From Utricularia gibba (lineage: Eukaryota; Plantae; Magnoliophyta), in contig NEEC01000011.1 in NCBI GenBank assembly GCA_002189035.1, positions 3,038,001 through 3,102,000 on the forward strand: a stretch of DNA of 64,000 nt, in the 5' to 3' direction. The position numbers were made by a program, and so were the translations under genes. The notes beneath the pieces are model-generated. The model was not told the origin of the DNA and made no database searches. It saw only the letters and a program-made list of their open reading frames with translations. Shown here one piece after another: positions 14,170 through 32,603 of the stretch (positions within the stretch are counted from its first letter, which is position 1; each line of letters begins with the position of its first letter).

Positions 14170-17100
14170 TCAGGGACTGGATGATGAGAAGAACCTGAAG
14201 GCCTCCTCGTACTTGTCGTACACAACGTTGTATAGAGGATGAACCGGTTCTAGAAGATTCGAGTAAGGGCCCATTACGTCCCTCGCCGGCGGGGGCCGAT
14301 GGATGCTTCTCGTTCCGGCGTGGTGGCAGATGGCCAGTCCACTCAGGACGTAGCATGTGTGATAATGGTCTCTGGATTTGCCGGGCTTGTCTCTGAAGCC
14401 TGCCTCCTCCTGCATGGAGAAACTGTTTCTTGTTCCATGGATCCAATGAATGGGATTCAGTAGATGGGGTTGGGTGGTAAGGATTCAGAGGTACCACTTA
14501 CCTGTGTGCAGAGAAGGATATACTGCTGCAGGCCGAAGGTATTGAAAAGGGGCCTCATCTGTTGAGGTGCTTTGATGAAACTGTCGCCGGTGTGGTGCAT
14601 TCCTGGTGAGAGACAAGCTTTAGATTTCCAGCCTCAACAAGAGTAATGAGTTTGCAGTTCTAGACATTTACAGCGAGTTCTTCTCTTCGCATCTTAATGC
14701 ATAAACACATTGCAAGCTGATGAAATCGAGTATAAGGAGATGAGCTTCTCCATACCTACTAACTCCGGGTGGGGGGTATCATTTACAGAGCATTCTGCAT
14801 CGGAATGCTCTTCTTGCTCGGAATTTGAAGAATCATCACCCGTTCTTTGACTGGAGTCTGCCGTAGAGATACCAGGCAAGCCCAGTTGCTCCATTACTGT
14901 ACTCTCCAGACGTTGAATAATGGCAATTGCTGCTCCCTAGGTAACGGCTTAACCATCATGCTTTCAGTGTAACCAATTTTTCTGATAAAATTTTTAAAAA
15001 ATACAATATGATTCTTTCACCTGCCAAAAGGAGTAGCAACCATCCACCAACTTATTTGTTCTTCCTTGAAATCCACCTTCCACACCTTGCTTGAACACTA
15101 TCCAATTCTGAGATAGGATTGAGAATGATATTTCAATTTTCTTAAGATATGATGATTACTCATGTGTCCTATATACACCCAACAGGCACTGCTCAGAAAA
15201 TTAGAAGGGCTCTGCCAAGTGCAGGGAAAAAGGTGACCGGGTTCGAGTTCAACAACAGTATTTGGGTGGAAGTGTGTATGTTGTGTTGGATATACAGAAT
15301 GTTCTCATTTTCCAATTTACTGTATGGGATAGAAAGGAAATGTGATTACTTACAATCAGTCGAGGCAAGTCTAGGCGATTAACCTCATTCATCAGAACCA
15401 TGGCAGCCAAGCCACAAAAGGTGTACCTTAATAAATAGAGAGCCTCAGATGGTACCATCTAATAAAATGAGTCCTCGATAAAAAAAAATGGCTAAATTGG
15501 TGACAAATCACTCAGAATTGTGTTGTCATACACTCACCGCCATGAGCTTCAGAACCTGGCTCACCCGCAATCCCACCTCATAAGTCTGGCATCTAACATA
15601 GTAGCCAATTCGATCATTAAGGACATATATTGTAATTTTCTTAAAAAAAAGTGATATGTATGGGGAAAAAAAAAAAGGATTCATGACAAACCTCATGATA
15701 TAGTCTCCAGTTCCCTGGTACAGGTGATGATCCAAAATATTCAGGATACTAGCCACCTGGGAGAAGCAAGCAACACGTGAATCTGCATAACTATGACACA
15801 TTGTGAACCAAGAAAAAGGATCACAAAGGGTAAACGATCTTATCAAAAAGGCTGGCACTTACAGATATAGCAGTATAGCATGCACGAACATCTATTTCCC
15901 CACCATCGTGCATCCTAACAGGAGTTTACAGTCCAGGAAGGTTGAGACAAAAAAATACATATACTCTCATCAAAGACTCGCGCCCCACTACAAAAATGAA
16001 CTGAAAAAACATACAACCCCTGAGGAAAAAAATTGTGTACCTGAATCCACCACTTGAATCTTTCATACGAAGCAGAAATGCATACATTTTTTCTCTGAAA
16101 TTCAAGAACATTTCAAATTCATTATAGCACAAAGCGTAACTAAAAGAGAAAAGAGAGCAAGATTTTGAAAGTGGATCACCTGTTTATGGAAGTCAGAGAT
16201 CTTACGCCACCGATAGTAATGAGCGTGTTGATGGCAGCATACGTTGTTGCCAGATGAGGCATCTAGAAGTATAAAGAAGAGGTGAGTTGGCCTTTATTAT
16301 TATTATTATTATTTCTGTATCCATGTAATGAAGATATCCGAACCTGCCCTGGTCCACCACCATAGCCACCATTTGGGTCCTGAATGTAACATTGAACCCA
16401 AATAGAGTCAGACAGAAACTTATAAGAACCATGAAAAAATCTGCCAGCGTTAAAAATGCAAAGCTTTTTCCAGGTAAAATGTAAATATCAGTTCATTATA
16501 AATACAACTTATATGAATGTTAAACGTCTGTTAATCTGAACAGACAACCATGGAAAGTGCATCAGTTGGGCAAAGTAAAACTGACCTGGCAACGTTCGAG
16601 AAAATCTACGATGCTGTTTTCCAACTTGTCACTGACGCAATCGCCCAACAAAGCAATTGAGTGCATGGCCCAATAGCAGACCCAAGGTCGACTGTAGTAA
16701 ATGAAATCAAACATTATCATCAAATCATGAAAAACAGGTGCACCCAAGATGGAAAGTTCGGCCGCAGGGTACACGAAAACTCCAATATTGGATTTTGAAC
16801 TAGTATTCCGCCAAGCAACTCAATAAAATAGCATCAAACCAACTAAAAACCATAGAAAATACCAAAAATTCTGAGCTCAATTACCTACACAAGAACATAA
16901 AAAAAAAAGGATAAAGAGATTACTTAGCATCGATAACGCTGAAACTAGGTCCCAAGTGTGACAGCCCTCTCGCGAGGTACTCAACGTGATTATCACGCCG
17001 AATCTCAAAGCTACAAATCATACATCCAGAAAACCGAAATACAAGAATATCAGTTCCGGAGAATTCCAATCCAGCCAGAAATGATCCTTACACAAGCACA

Positions 17101-17259
17101 TATAGAAACCCTAAATCGACGTTGTGGAGGAAGAGCTGCTTACTGGAGAGCTTGAGCATGGGGAGGAAGACTGAAGACGAGGTCGTAATTCCGGAATACT
17201 TGATTCCACACTGCAAACTGTTCTTCCTCGGATTTCGTCGCAACGCCATTTCCCTCCAT
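14170..17259 (-). CDS. ERA1: Protein farnesyltransferase beta subunit, multi-exon; apparent 1-nt deletion at 15576-15577
   Basis: ATG 17259 (MEGNGVATKSEEEQFAVWNQVF). Motifs RPWVCYWAMHSIALLG, DPNGGYGGGPGQ, PHLATTYAA, CQTYE(G)GIAGEPGSEAHG, YTFCGLAAM, GFRDKPGKSRDHYHTCYVLSGL. Confidence 0.95.
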
Positions 17260-17941
17260 TGAAAAATCGACGCTGAAGGCGCAAGTTGTGACTCCACGTT
17301 ATAGTATGCAGTCAATTCCAAAAGGTGTCTTTACCGGGGCCCTTCCGAGAAATTTGAGAAGTTGGAGGATCTGTGGTGCACCTATCCGTATTAGCTGGGA
17401 AACTTTACACAAGCGAAAGAGACGATAAGAGTGAAGTGTTTGCGTTTAGTGGCAGACAGACTATTCAGCAGCCGCCGAAATCCACCGAACTATCATCGGA
17501 ACCCATTTGACCCCCGGCAAAATTCACTAGAACATTAAACTGTAAAACAAATGACTTGTAATATGGTATATGTTCAAGGCATGGCTGCTGCAGCTTCTAC
17601 TACATATGGTATGTGTTTAAGGCATGAAGTAGAAAAGCAGAACGTCCCTACACCATTTGCCTCCCATTTGAACAGCACTAGTTTATTGATTCATCTTCCA
17701 CATTGAACCTATTTTCAAAGCAAAATGAAACCTTCGGACGTTAAACTCCTCATAGGCCGGACCACCCCTCCTCTTGCTAAACAGACACCTCCGTTGTCAG
17801 GGATTCAAAGCAGGTTCTCCTCCTCCCACACTGAAATCGCCTGTCAAACATAGTGCATTTGAATGATTCATCTTTGCACACCAGTTTGATATAGTACAAG
17901 AACTTACGGGCCAAATGGGGAAGCAAGGGAAAATATGAATT

Positions 17942-20900
17942 TCACTCGCATTTGATGGAGCGATAAATGTGGCGCACAAAGAACAGTGCCGCACGGAAGC
18001 CAACAGCTCCAAGCATTAGGAAGAAGCCATAGCATATGCTCGCCATGTAGCCAAAGAAAAAGGATGTTTGCATGAACCCAGTCATGTCCGAACGAGCATA
18101 GTAGTAATACACACAATACCCGTATATAAAAAAGCCAGTGGATCCACCACATAGGAAAGACCTGCAGGAAAATAGTCACAGGAGACATTGCATCATTTCT
18201 CACAAAGTCATAGAACTGGTTAGATCTAGAGAGTAGATTTGCAACTGGTGAATCCTGATAGCATACCTCCACCACCACTCATGATCTTCAGCAGCAAGTT
18301 GGAAGTAGGTTAGTGCTACAGTAATAAATGCAGTGACAATGAGGAGAATTATGAAGACAATGAATAGAATACTGTAAATGGTGTAAATTCTGTGTCCCCA
18401 GACACTGGCAAATATGTAATAAAGCTCAATGTATATGGCACTGAACGGCAAGAATCCAGCCATAGCCATCTGGGGCAGAGTTCCACGGTACCAAGGCAAA
18501 GGGGGATCTCTCTAGGATATTTCGTGGTTCTACATGGAGCTTGAAACTCTGCCTTGCTGTTCTTTCCTGCAATTCCTCCCAAAACTAACAAAGGAGATGT
18601 CACAAGAGCCCATATCAGAAATATCACCATGATGGTGCCAAATGGAAGAGCAGCCGTGGCATGGTAAGCAATGGCAACAGTGTTAAGGAAGCAAAAGGTA
18701 AGGAAAAGTGGCCCACAGAAAAGCCCCCCAGTCAGTAGCAGATTTCGGACCTGGAAACAAATAAAAGAAAAGGTATATTGATAAAAGATGAAAACACCTT
18801 CACACAGAAGGTAATGTCAAAAGAACGCTAAATGAAGATAATCAGTATGGTGCCAAAGACAGATACATTACCCAATTGGATCCCTCTAACTGGTGGTAGA
18901 AAGAGGAAGCTGTATAGCCAGCAATACCCGAAGTAAGAGCATATATGACCAGAAGCGCTGTGAAGAGTGCTCCACGGTTGTATGGATAAAATACACCAAC
19001 AAGGGAAAGTAAGAATATAAATGTTGCCCTGTACAGAACAATTGATAAAAAAGATGATTTGGTGGATATGCACATGATGAAGCTGTCAAAATGCATACTT
19101 GTCAACAGCTACTTACAGTGTAAAGAGTTGTGTCCCACATCCTAAGGAAGCAGCAAATAATGACTTGTACTTGGGAAACCTAAAGACATCCCCATGAATG
19201 TATTTCCACCCAGTTTCTTCTTGATCATCTGCTGCCTCCTCATCATGTGCATACCTGGAAGGAAAAGAAACAAGATTTATGTTCGAGGCTTAATGTTGAA
19301 CCATTAAACTAAATTTTAAACAGAAAACAAATCCTTACTTCAAAAAATCATTCTTAAGCACGCGCATCAAAATCGTAGCAAGAAATCCAGTAAGGAGGAG
19401 GACAGTCACACATGAATTAATAATTGAAAACCAATGGATCTCTAAATGACGAGGAAGTGAAGAAGAATGCGAGTATTTCTCCATCCTCTTCTCAAATGGA
19501 ATGGAGGTTTCTTTCCACTTAGATGAATACATAAAGTCCACATCTACTTCCTTATCATCAGTTAGGTCCACAAGAGCACTCGGATCTGTCCGAGCTACAA
19601 CCTCTATCACACGATCCTTATTGTATGATATTTCAAAGTGAAGATGCTTAAAAAGGTAATACTTGTAGTCACTGGGATCTGTTTTGTCTTCCTTGTCAAC
19701 CTTCCCAAGGAAACCCCATATAGGCAAGTCATCATAATACATCTGAAAATAGTAGTCCTTGGCAACAGCATTGCGAAATTCAGCAACTTCTTTCTTAGAG
19801 AGTTTTTTCCTGCAGATGACTTCAGACTCCTTGTCTACAACAAAGTCAAGCTTGTATGGTGCACTGACCAGTCGATCACCATTCAGCACCTCACCCAGCG
19901 CCTCAGTTTTGTCCTTCACATCAACTGTTAACAAAAGATATAAAGATTGGAAAGAAAAAGGGGTAGCCAAGGTAAAAAAGATTAAACAGCTGAATACCTG
20001 GAGAACAGAAGGGGAGATCAAAATATCGGTACGTTTCACTGTAACAAATAAGTATAAAGACACGATGTAAGGATACAAGAACCTGCCAAAAATCAAGAGT
20101 AACAATACCGAAGTAGTGGAAAAACCAATCTTGTATACCTCAAACTTCGGAATATTAATTACATCAACGCAGATCAAGTTTCCACTTCGAAAATACCAAC
20201 ATATTTAGACACAGAGAGAGGGACTCCGAAACATATACAGAATCCAGATGATTCTACGTTCTCTTCATTAAAAAATGTGAATTTGGCCCCAATGAACGCA
20301 GATCAGAGTTAAACGACCAATAAACACGTTATTTAGTTAAAGCCAACTCCAAAAGAAAAGCCTACGTCGATGTGCAGACTATCAAGTGTTATTTGAGCGT
20401 CCAATAAAGTTGGACACTGATACATCCTTAAGGCAAATTCCCGTTTCAAAAACATAGAAAAGGAAAGCTTTAAGGATAGGGCTCGTCAGATCATGTTGTC
20501 TGAAACTGAAGAGAACAAGCCACAGATTCGCCATGAACAGGAGTTCTCTGATGGCCTTGTATGCAAGAGAGAGCACTCATTTCTAAGAAAGGCAACTCCT
20601 TGAGATGTGAACACAAAAAAGAAAGAATCGCCATTTTCTCAATATGGGAACTTGATCAAAACGTTTTTAACTTTCAACACACGTGATTTCACTCGAAATT
20701 TCAGGCGTCGATCTGCTTTATCGAATCAAAACTAACTCCACAACACCGAGAATCGCTTAAGCCAATACTCAACGAGACATAAAACCCAACCAGAAAAGGG
20801 AACTCGAAATCCTCACCTGGGGTTGTGAAAGGGCCCAACCTTGTTCGCATAAAGAGGGACGGGATCTCCGGGACTGTACTTGTGATTAGAAGAATCAGAT

Positions 20901-20968
20901 CGCACCGTCGGAATAGCGGCGGCGGCGATGAGGAGGAGGACGACGGCGCAACACCCCCTGCTCGCCAT
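17942..20968 (-). CDS. Transmembrane 9 superfamily protein (TMN/EMP70, TMN2-5 group); apparent 1-nt deletion at 18501-18505
   Basis: Signal peptide then [78 protein letters not shown], and C-terminal [12 protein letters not shown] (KxE Golgi-retention motif). Confidence 0.96.
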
Positions 20969-21397
20969 CGTTGCAAAAGGCGACATTAATAATGCAGCGG
21001 GGAATCGGAAGACTAGCGGAGAAAAACAGGAAAAGGGTAATCAGATCTGGATCTGATGTTAATGCTGAGTTGAGAAGCGGACGAAGAGGAATCCGTACAT
21101 TCAACCCTAAATCACACGCGCTGCGTACGGACAGTGAATGCACTCCCGGAGACGAAACGGCATTTATTTTATATTTAAAATGCAGATAGACCGCAGACGC
21201 GCGTTATAATAAAAAAATAAAAAACCTTATTATAAATATTGTATTAAAATATGAAAATGAGAATATTATTGAATACGAATTATTAAAGTCAAAGGGGAAG
21301 GGTCAAGCCTATGGAAATAATTTCTTGGATTTCCGAAAATTATTGTTGAATAATCATTTTAAATAAAATAAGAATATTTATAAATTTTTACTAACTA

Positions 21398-22189
21398 AGT
21401 GGGCTTCGTCACCTTAGCGCCATGTTTCTCGCGACCTGCTTCGGCAGAATGTGCAATTTCTTCTCATACTTGACGCTGCTCCGCTCCTTCCAAAGCTCGA
21501 GTTTTGCGATCATCATGAAGCTGGGGGTGCTGTGTTGCACAGCCCAAGTTCATCGGACGCCCTTCTGCTACAGTGAGGATGCCGGATTGGGTGCCCGGGA
21601 AGAAGAATCTGTCAGTTTGATGCTTGATGCCGATCCTTTTGAGGCCAGGGAAGGTCTCTACACCGTGCATATCGATTTCGTTGTTGAAGTGGCCAATGAT
21701 GCAGACAATGCGGCTGTTTTCATCTTCCTCGTGGGATCAAACATGGCGGTGCCGTTGTTTCCGGTGGTGGTGACGAAGATATCGGACTCCGAGACGACGT
21801 CTACCAGTGTGAATCCACACCCTGGTGAATCAACAACGCAGCGTCCCCTCCATCATCCACAAGAAAATCAGGACCGCCAATCTAGGGTTTCTCAGTACAC
21901 CTCCAAGCGTCTCCCCCACCGACACGAACTCAGCCACGCTATCGAGAGCGATCGCAGCGGCAGCGTGATCCTGCGTAAAGAAAATGTTGGAGGAACACTA
22001 TCTCACCTCGCCGCCCAACGCCGTCAATGCCTGATCAATACCGCCGTTTGGATGGATGGTCATATGAACTGTGAGGGCTTCCGGAGATCTTCGCGCCTTT
22101 GAAGGGCTACGATGGGGGGAATTCTGCCTGGGAAGTGTCCTGACCTTGAATTCACGGCCGGAATTGGTCTTCTCAGCAAGTAGCACCAT
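21398..22189 (-). pseudogene. SAHH: S-adenosyl-L-homocysteine hydrolase (SAHH/HOG1) pseudogene with frameshifts, premature stops and large internal deletions
   Basis: Recognisable blocks in shifting frames: MVLLAEKTNSGREFKV; PFKGAKISGS; HMTI; ALTALGGEVR*CSSNIFFTQDHAAAAIA; GGPDFLVDDGG; DAALLIHQGV; DVVSESDIFVTTTGN; IGHFNNEIDMHGVETFPGLKRIGIKHQTDRFFFP; AEGRPMNLGCAT; LELWKERSSVKYEKKLHILPK; GAKVTK. Confidence 0.93.
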
Positions 22190-23025
22190 GGCGATCGGAG
22201 AAGCACTTCATTGTGGTGAGGAGGGAGAAGAGATAAGTTCAAACCATGGGGGTTAAAATTTAAATACACAGGTTTTGAGGCATATCTTGAAAATGAGGAG
22301 TTTGCAGTAAAACCCACAATATTTCCGTATTCTAAAAAGCGTCCCCTACACAATTAAACTATGACAAAAACCACCCGTGATTTCTTGTAATTTGCTATAA
22401 TTTTATTGCATATATATTTGAAGTGTGAAAATGAGTCAACAAGGCGTGCATTCAATTGATTAGACCATTTCCCCGTGATGATGATAATAATATATATAAT
22501 TAATAAATAAAAACGGATTAGTTCTAACAAAGCATGTGATTAACGCAGACTCGAGTCTCGACAAGCAAATCCCAGATGCCAGAGCCTGCGCTTTCAGGAA
22601 GGAAGTTTTCACAGAGAGGAAACGGTTACTCCACTGGTAGATGTCGTCTCACGTTACAGACGCGCTTCTTGGATTTGTGTACATCGTTGGAATATCTATT
22701 TTTCGACTGTAATCTTCAGGTGATCCGCTGTTGATTCACAGGCTGAGCAGCCTGACTCGTTTTTCTTCTTTTTTGGGTGATGGGTTCATGGAATCGTAAC
22801 GGATTTCCTTGCCTCTTGTCGGTTGAACTTGATCGGTAGTTTTGTTGGTGGTTGATTCTGTTTTGGGGCTCTTTCTTTTTCAGTAGTCGACGCGGATTTG
22901 AATTTTTGGATTTGGAGTTGGAGGGGATTGATATCCCAACAGAGGAGGCCGGTTTATGTGATGTCTTTTGAAGGGAAAGTAAAGCACTGGAAATGTGTAA
23001 AAGGGGCACAGTGCATTTTCAGAAG

Positions 23026-26000
23026 ATGAGCTCAATTGTTCGAGATATTGGAGAGCCATGTCTTCACCAATCACCTATAAAGGTTGTTGTAGCCGTAAGA
23101 ATCTCACTTTTTAGATCTTTTCTCTGACAGCTAACTGCCATAGTGGCATAAAGTCTCGTGTTTTTTCCATGAAGTTAGAAAAAAAAAATAATTTTGATTG
23201 AAGTAGATGGCTACTTTGAGAAGCAGAAAATGTTTGGTGAAGATCATCATGCTTCCACTCTCTGGTGTCTTCTTATGAATAGTGTATAAAACATTACATT
23301 GTATGTTCTAGATTTTGGATGTTGATGATTGTTTAATCAAAGTGTAAGTTTTCAACAAAATCTTGGAGTTCATACATATAGTCATTCTTTTTAAGTTGAT
23401 GAAAAATGTGATCAGAAGTGTCTTACTTTTTATTTTTATGTTTCAAATCTGCAGATGAGCAAAATGCTTAAGCGGGATAAATGGGAGGCAACTTTTGATG
23501 ATGAGGGAAAGATTCTTGGTTTCAACAAAGTGCTGAAACTAATAGTTCTAGGGGTACATTTCCTTCTTCTTGGACTTGTTTTTTTTCCCCTTTCTTTCTC
23601 TCACATAGAGTTGATCATTGTTACAATGTGCTATGTTATCAGATCATTTATTCATCTGTTGTTTGGTGCTACTGAAAACTACTGGTTTTACTCTGTAAAC
23701 TATATGCTGTTTACAGGGTGTGGATCCATGCATTCGACCTGAAGTTTGGGAATTTCTTTTGGGTTGTTATTCCTTAAGCAGCACTGCTGATTATCGGCGG
23801 CAATTAAGGGCCGCCAGAAGGTATTAGCTGACCATTTCGACTTTTAAGGTTGCATATGTTTTGCATTTTTTTATAATGCTGTGGTTACCTGATATTCGGA
23901 GTGAATCATGTTCTTGCCTTAGTGCTTAAACTTAGCAAAATACAGGCATATCTCTTTCTTAGTTTTGTATTTCATCGCTGTTGTAATAAAGTTAAAAAAC
24001 TAGTAAGATACCATAATCTCTATCCTTTACATTTCACTGTGCGCATGGTTCATTTTGTTATTACATGGAGATGCATTGCTAGCCTTAATGTCGCTAGATG
24101 ATGTCAGTATTTTTCCTAGAAGTTCAAGAGGGATATCATCTTACTCTGCATGCTTTGGGTTTCTTCATGTGGGAAACTGCACTGGCTACTGTGACCAGAG
24201 TATAATTTGTGTACAGGGAGCGATACATGGACCTTGTTAAACAATGCCAATTAATGCATTCGAGTGTAGGAACTGGGACCCTGGCTTATGCTGTGGGATC
24301 TAAAGTCATGGATATGCGAATGAGTTCCAAGGAAGATGCCAGAAACTCTGAAGTTGAAAATGGAAGAATTTCAGATATTACCTCTAAAAAAGTTGATGAT
24401 AAATGTAATTTTGATGCTGACGGTAACGAGAAAGCTTACAGATGTCAAAAGAAAAGCCATAGCGACTCTGGTGATCTTTTAAGATTTCGAGCTGACACTT
24501 CAGGAGGGTCTTGTGATTGTGCTGATCTTTTATCTAGAGCTGAGATATCATATTGTGGTTTGGCTGCTGCGTGTGATTCCAACGAGTCTAATTCTGCTGC
24601 ACAATGTTTTTTGGATTTCCCTGCATTGCCTGTTACAGATTTGTTTGAAGACAATACAAAAGATAGAAAAATAAATAGAATAGAGGGGGGTAAAAATTCA
24701 AGACAGCGTAAGTTGACATATGAGCATGTGCCTATGCACAGCTTCCAAATCAGCAACAATGAAGATCTTGTTGTGGAGGCAAATAGGCTGTCTTCTGATG
24801 ATATCTCGCCATGTGTAATCTCAAAATGTGAGACCAACAGCTTGGACATATGTGAATCTCTGTCACGGTCAACTAACTTGGAATATGAAAATGGAATCCT
24901 CGATAGGCTTAAGATACCAGACAAACGTGGAGTGCCTAGTGCATGTCCCAAATTGCCACAAGGAACTTCAAGTGAAGATCGAGTGTCAGAATGGCTCTGG
25001 ACATTGCATCGAATTGGTAAGTAACTATGCTCTTACTACTCATATACAAGAATTGCGTTATTGCATTCTTTTTGTTCAATATATGACGAATATTATGTGA
25101 CTTATATTTTTTTCATTATTCAGTGGTTGATGTCGTTAGAACAGATAGTCATCTGGAGTTTTATGAAGACACGAAAAACTTAGCAAGGATGTCAGATATT
25201 CTTGCTGTATATGCATGGGCTGATCCTGCAACAGGGTATTGCCAAGGTTGTTTGGGTGTTAACTTATGCTTGCATTATTTTCAATGATCTCACTGTCCTT
25301 GACTTTCCATTGCTACATATCCACAGGTATGAGCGATTTATTATCTCCTTTTGTTGTTCTCTATGAAGATGATGCTGATGCCTTTTGGTGCTTTGAGATG
25401 CTTTTAAGGAAAATGGTATGTGGTATTGACCTTTTACTATTCTCATTTTCTGATTTTTTAGACCCCTAAATACAATATCCATACCAAATGCAGCGAGACA
25501 ACTTTCAGATTGAAGGACCAACGGGTGTCTTGAAACAATTGGAAGCATTATGGAGTATATTAGAACTTACAGACAAGGAGATGTTCTCTCACTTGTCTTT
25601 TATAGGTGCTGAGAACCTTCACTTCGCTTTCCGCATGCTACTTGTACTCTTTCGCCGAGAATTATCTTTCAATGAAGCCCTCCGTATGTGGGAGGTCTGT
25701 GTCTATACTTTTTCTGAGTCTTCCTGCTTTCTGTGTATCCTATTGCATTACTGTTCATTTTACTGGTCAGATCTTTTGAAATATTTTACATATTTATATT
25801 TTATCCACTGATCTTTTGAAAATTGAAGCATTTTGTGTTCTTTCCCCATCTTGTTTTGTTTTTGCTCACTGTCAAATGTTTGGTCCTCATTGGTTCATTT
25901 CGCTAGGCAGTGTGCTTATTTTCATGCGCCTAGGATTAAATCCCATTGATAGAGGAATGGTCCCAGAATGCTCATTTTCGTTGATCCATTTCCATACAAG

Positions 26001-26946
26001 AATGTTTAATTGCTTTAGTTTATTTAATTTTTTTCACCAGGATTAAAGTGGAAATTATTGAAAATACCTCTGGTGTTAAAAATTCATTTGATATTCATAC
26101 GGTACCTACGCATGTGTAGAGTTATCATAATTAGGATGACTGGTTGATTCTAACACTGGATCCTGACATTGCTCTGTAGATGATATGGGCTGCTGATTTT
26201 GATTCATCTTTGACCTGTCATCTGGAAGAAAGCTGCCTTGAATCATTGGCTATAGAGCTACCGAATGATGCTGAGGCTGGTTCTGGAGAGGAAAACACTG
26301 ATAGTAGTGGTGTTAGCATGCATGGTGTCTCGACAAAGAATGGGAATGTGCAATTCCCTATCTCAGGTTACACAGGGATAGGCTCCCTATCAACTCAGCC
26401 ATTTTGTGGCTTGACAAAAGGCTTATGGTCAAGGAATGATCATTTTCAGAATCGCAAATTTTTATCATCAGCAAAAAATGGTGATGATGAACTGCCAGTT
26501 TTCTGTGTAGCTGCTATTCTTGTCCTGAATCGTCAGAAAATCATCCGTGAAACCCACTCCATTGATGACTTAATCAAGGCATGTGGGCTACTGGCATATT
26601 ATATATTCTTTGAAACTGCTTATTCATTGTCTTTTTCCTGTGCTATAGGATTTGTATCTTTGGTGATGCAACTTCTGCATCTCTGTTTATGATGTATTCG
26701 TCTTATGTTTCACTTCTGAACTTCTTGCAGATTTTCAATGATAATCTGTTGAAAATCAGAGTCAAAAGATGTGTTAGAATCGCAATTAAACTACGGAAGA
26801 AATACTTTCGCAAGGTATGCTCTACTATCATTTGTGACCCCTTCCTTGGTGACTTGGAGGAGGTGATTTGCTAAATGTAGATGGTTTTATTATGGCAGCT
26901 TCTCAAGAACGGGAACCTGAAGGCTCAGAATGGGGGCCATGTTTGA
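23026..26946 (+). CDS. TBC-domain Rab GTPase-activating protein (GYP7/SGSM-like plant RabGAP), multi-exon
   Basis: MSSIVRDIGEPCLHQSPIK; KWEATFDDEGK; GVDPCIRPEVWEFLLGCY; LHRIVVDVVRTD; GYCQGMSDLLSPF; LHFAFRMLLVLFRRELSF; LPVFCVAAIL; stop 26944-26946. Confidence 0.92.
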
Positions 26947-27599
26947 TCCCTCTGACGATCCCTGAAGCAGATGATTGATAAATTTCCTTGCCACTTTGAG
27001 CGCAGAAGACTCGACAACAGCTTTTGTCAAACTCTAGATTTCCTCATCTTCTTCCCCTTTCAAGAGGTTATGGTGACAGAGGTCCCTAAAAGCTCCTAGC
27101 TTTGAACAACCCGAAAGAAAGAATCGAGGATGCATCAAAGGCGCTATTCCTTTAATGTGGGCATGTTTTCTGATAGCAGAGGATGAAATAACTTCGCTGC
27201 AAGGCGAGCAAAAGCAAAGTGTGTCAATAGTTTCTTTACTGGCTTCCAAACTTGTCTCTGTATCAATAAGCCTGTGATCTGTGCTTGGTCCCAGGCTCAT
27301 CATCATGTACCCTTCTTCTCCCTCTTCAAAAGAAATGATTTTTATATGAAATAAGCAAAATCCGAAAAACAGACAAAATTGGAAAGAAAAGGGTACAAAG
27401 ATGATAAATGTGTAGTAAGCAAATACATGTTCCTGAGATTCGCAGTTCTTTGACTGGAGTTGAGTACCTGTGTCCTGGCTGCGATTTCCGTTCTTTGACA
27501 GTCTTTCTTCAGGATTCCTGCGTCAAAACCCAGTGTAGTTTTTATAATTTTTAATTTTTTCTGTTAAAATTTCCATTTCCAGCATCAAACGTTTCATCA

Positions 27600-32141
<4,542 letters not shown>

Positions 32142-32603
32142 TGGAGCGAATCGGATGCGGATTCAGAGATCAGTTTCGGGTTTTTGATGAGCAGGTAGAA
32201 GTGGAGATCCATCAAGGTTGATGTCTGTCGTTTGTCCAAGGGTGGGAAGTGTACAGACAACAAAGGAGATGACCGGAAGAGTTTGTGTCAAGATCATTGT
32301 TTTCTCTCTGCATGGTGAGATGTACCCACTTCCTATTGAATTGATTAGACACATGTTGTGCGATGCAGATGAATAAGATTTGCTTTTCAAACGAAGGGAT
32401 CATTCCATTTGCCTATGTGTGGTCACTAACCACCTCAGTGCCATTGCCAAGAGTCGAAGATCCATCAAAAATTGTGTTTCTTATGTGAAAGCAAAGGAAT
32501 TCTGACAAAATCCGAGAACCATGAAGCTGTACTGCTAACTTCAATCACACCCTCAGGCCAAGCAGAGGCAGTTTGCTTGCTGCCAGATGAGTGTGATGCT
32601 TCC

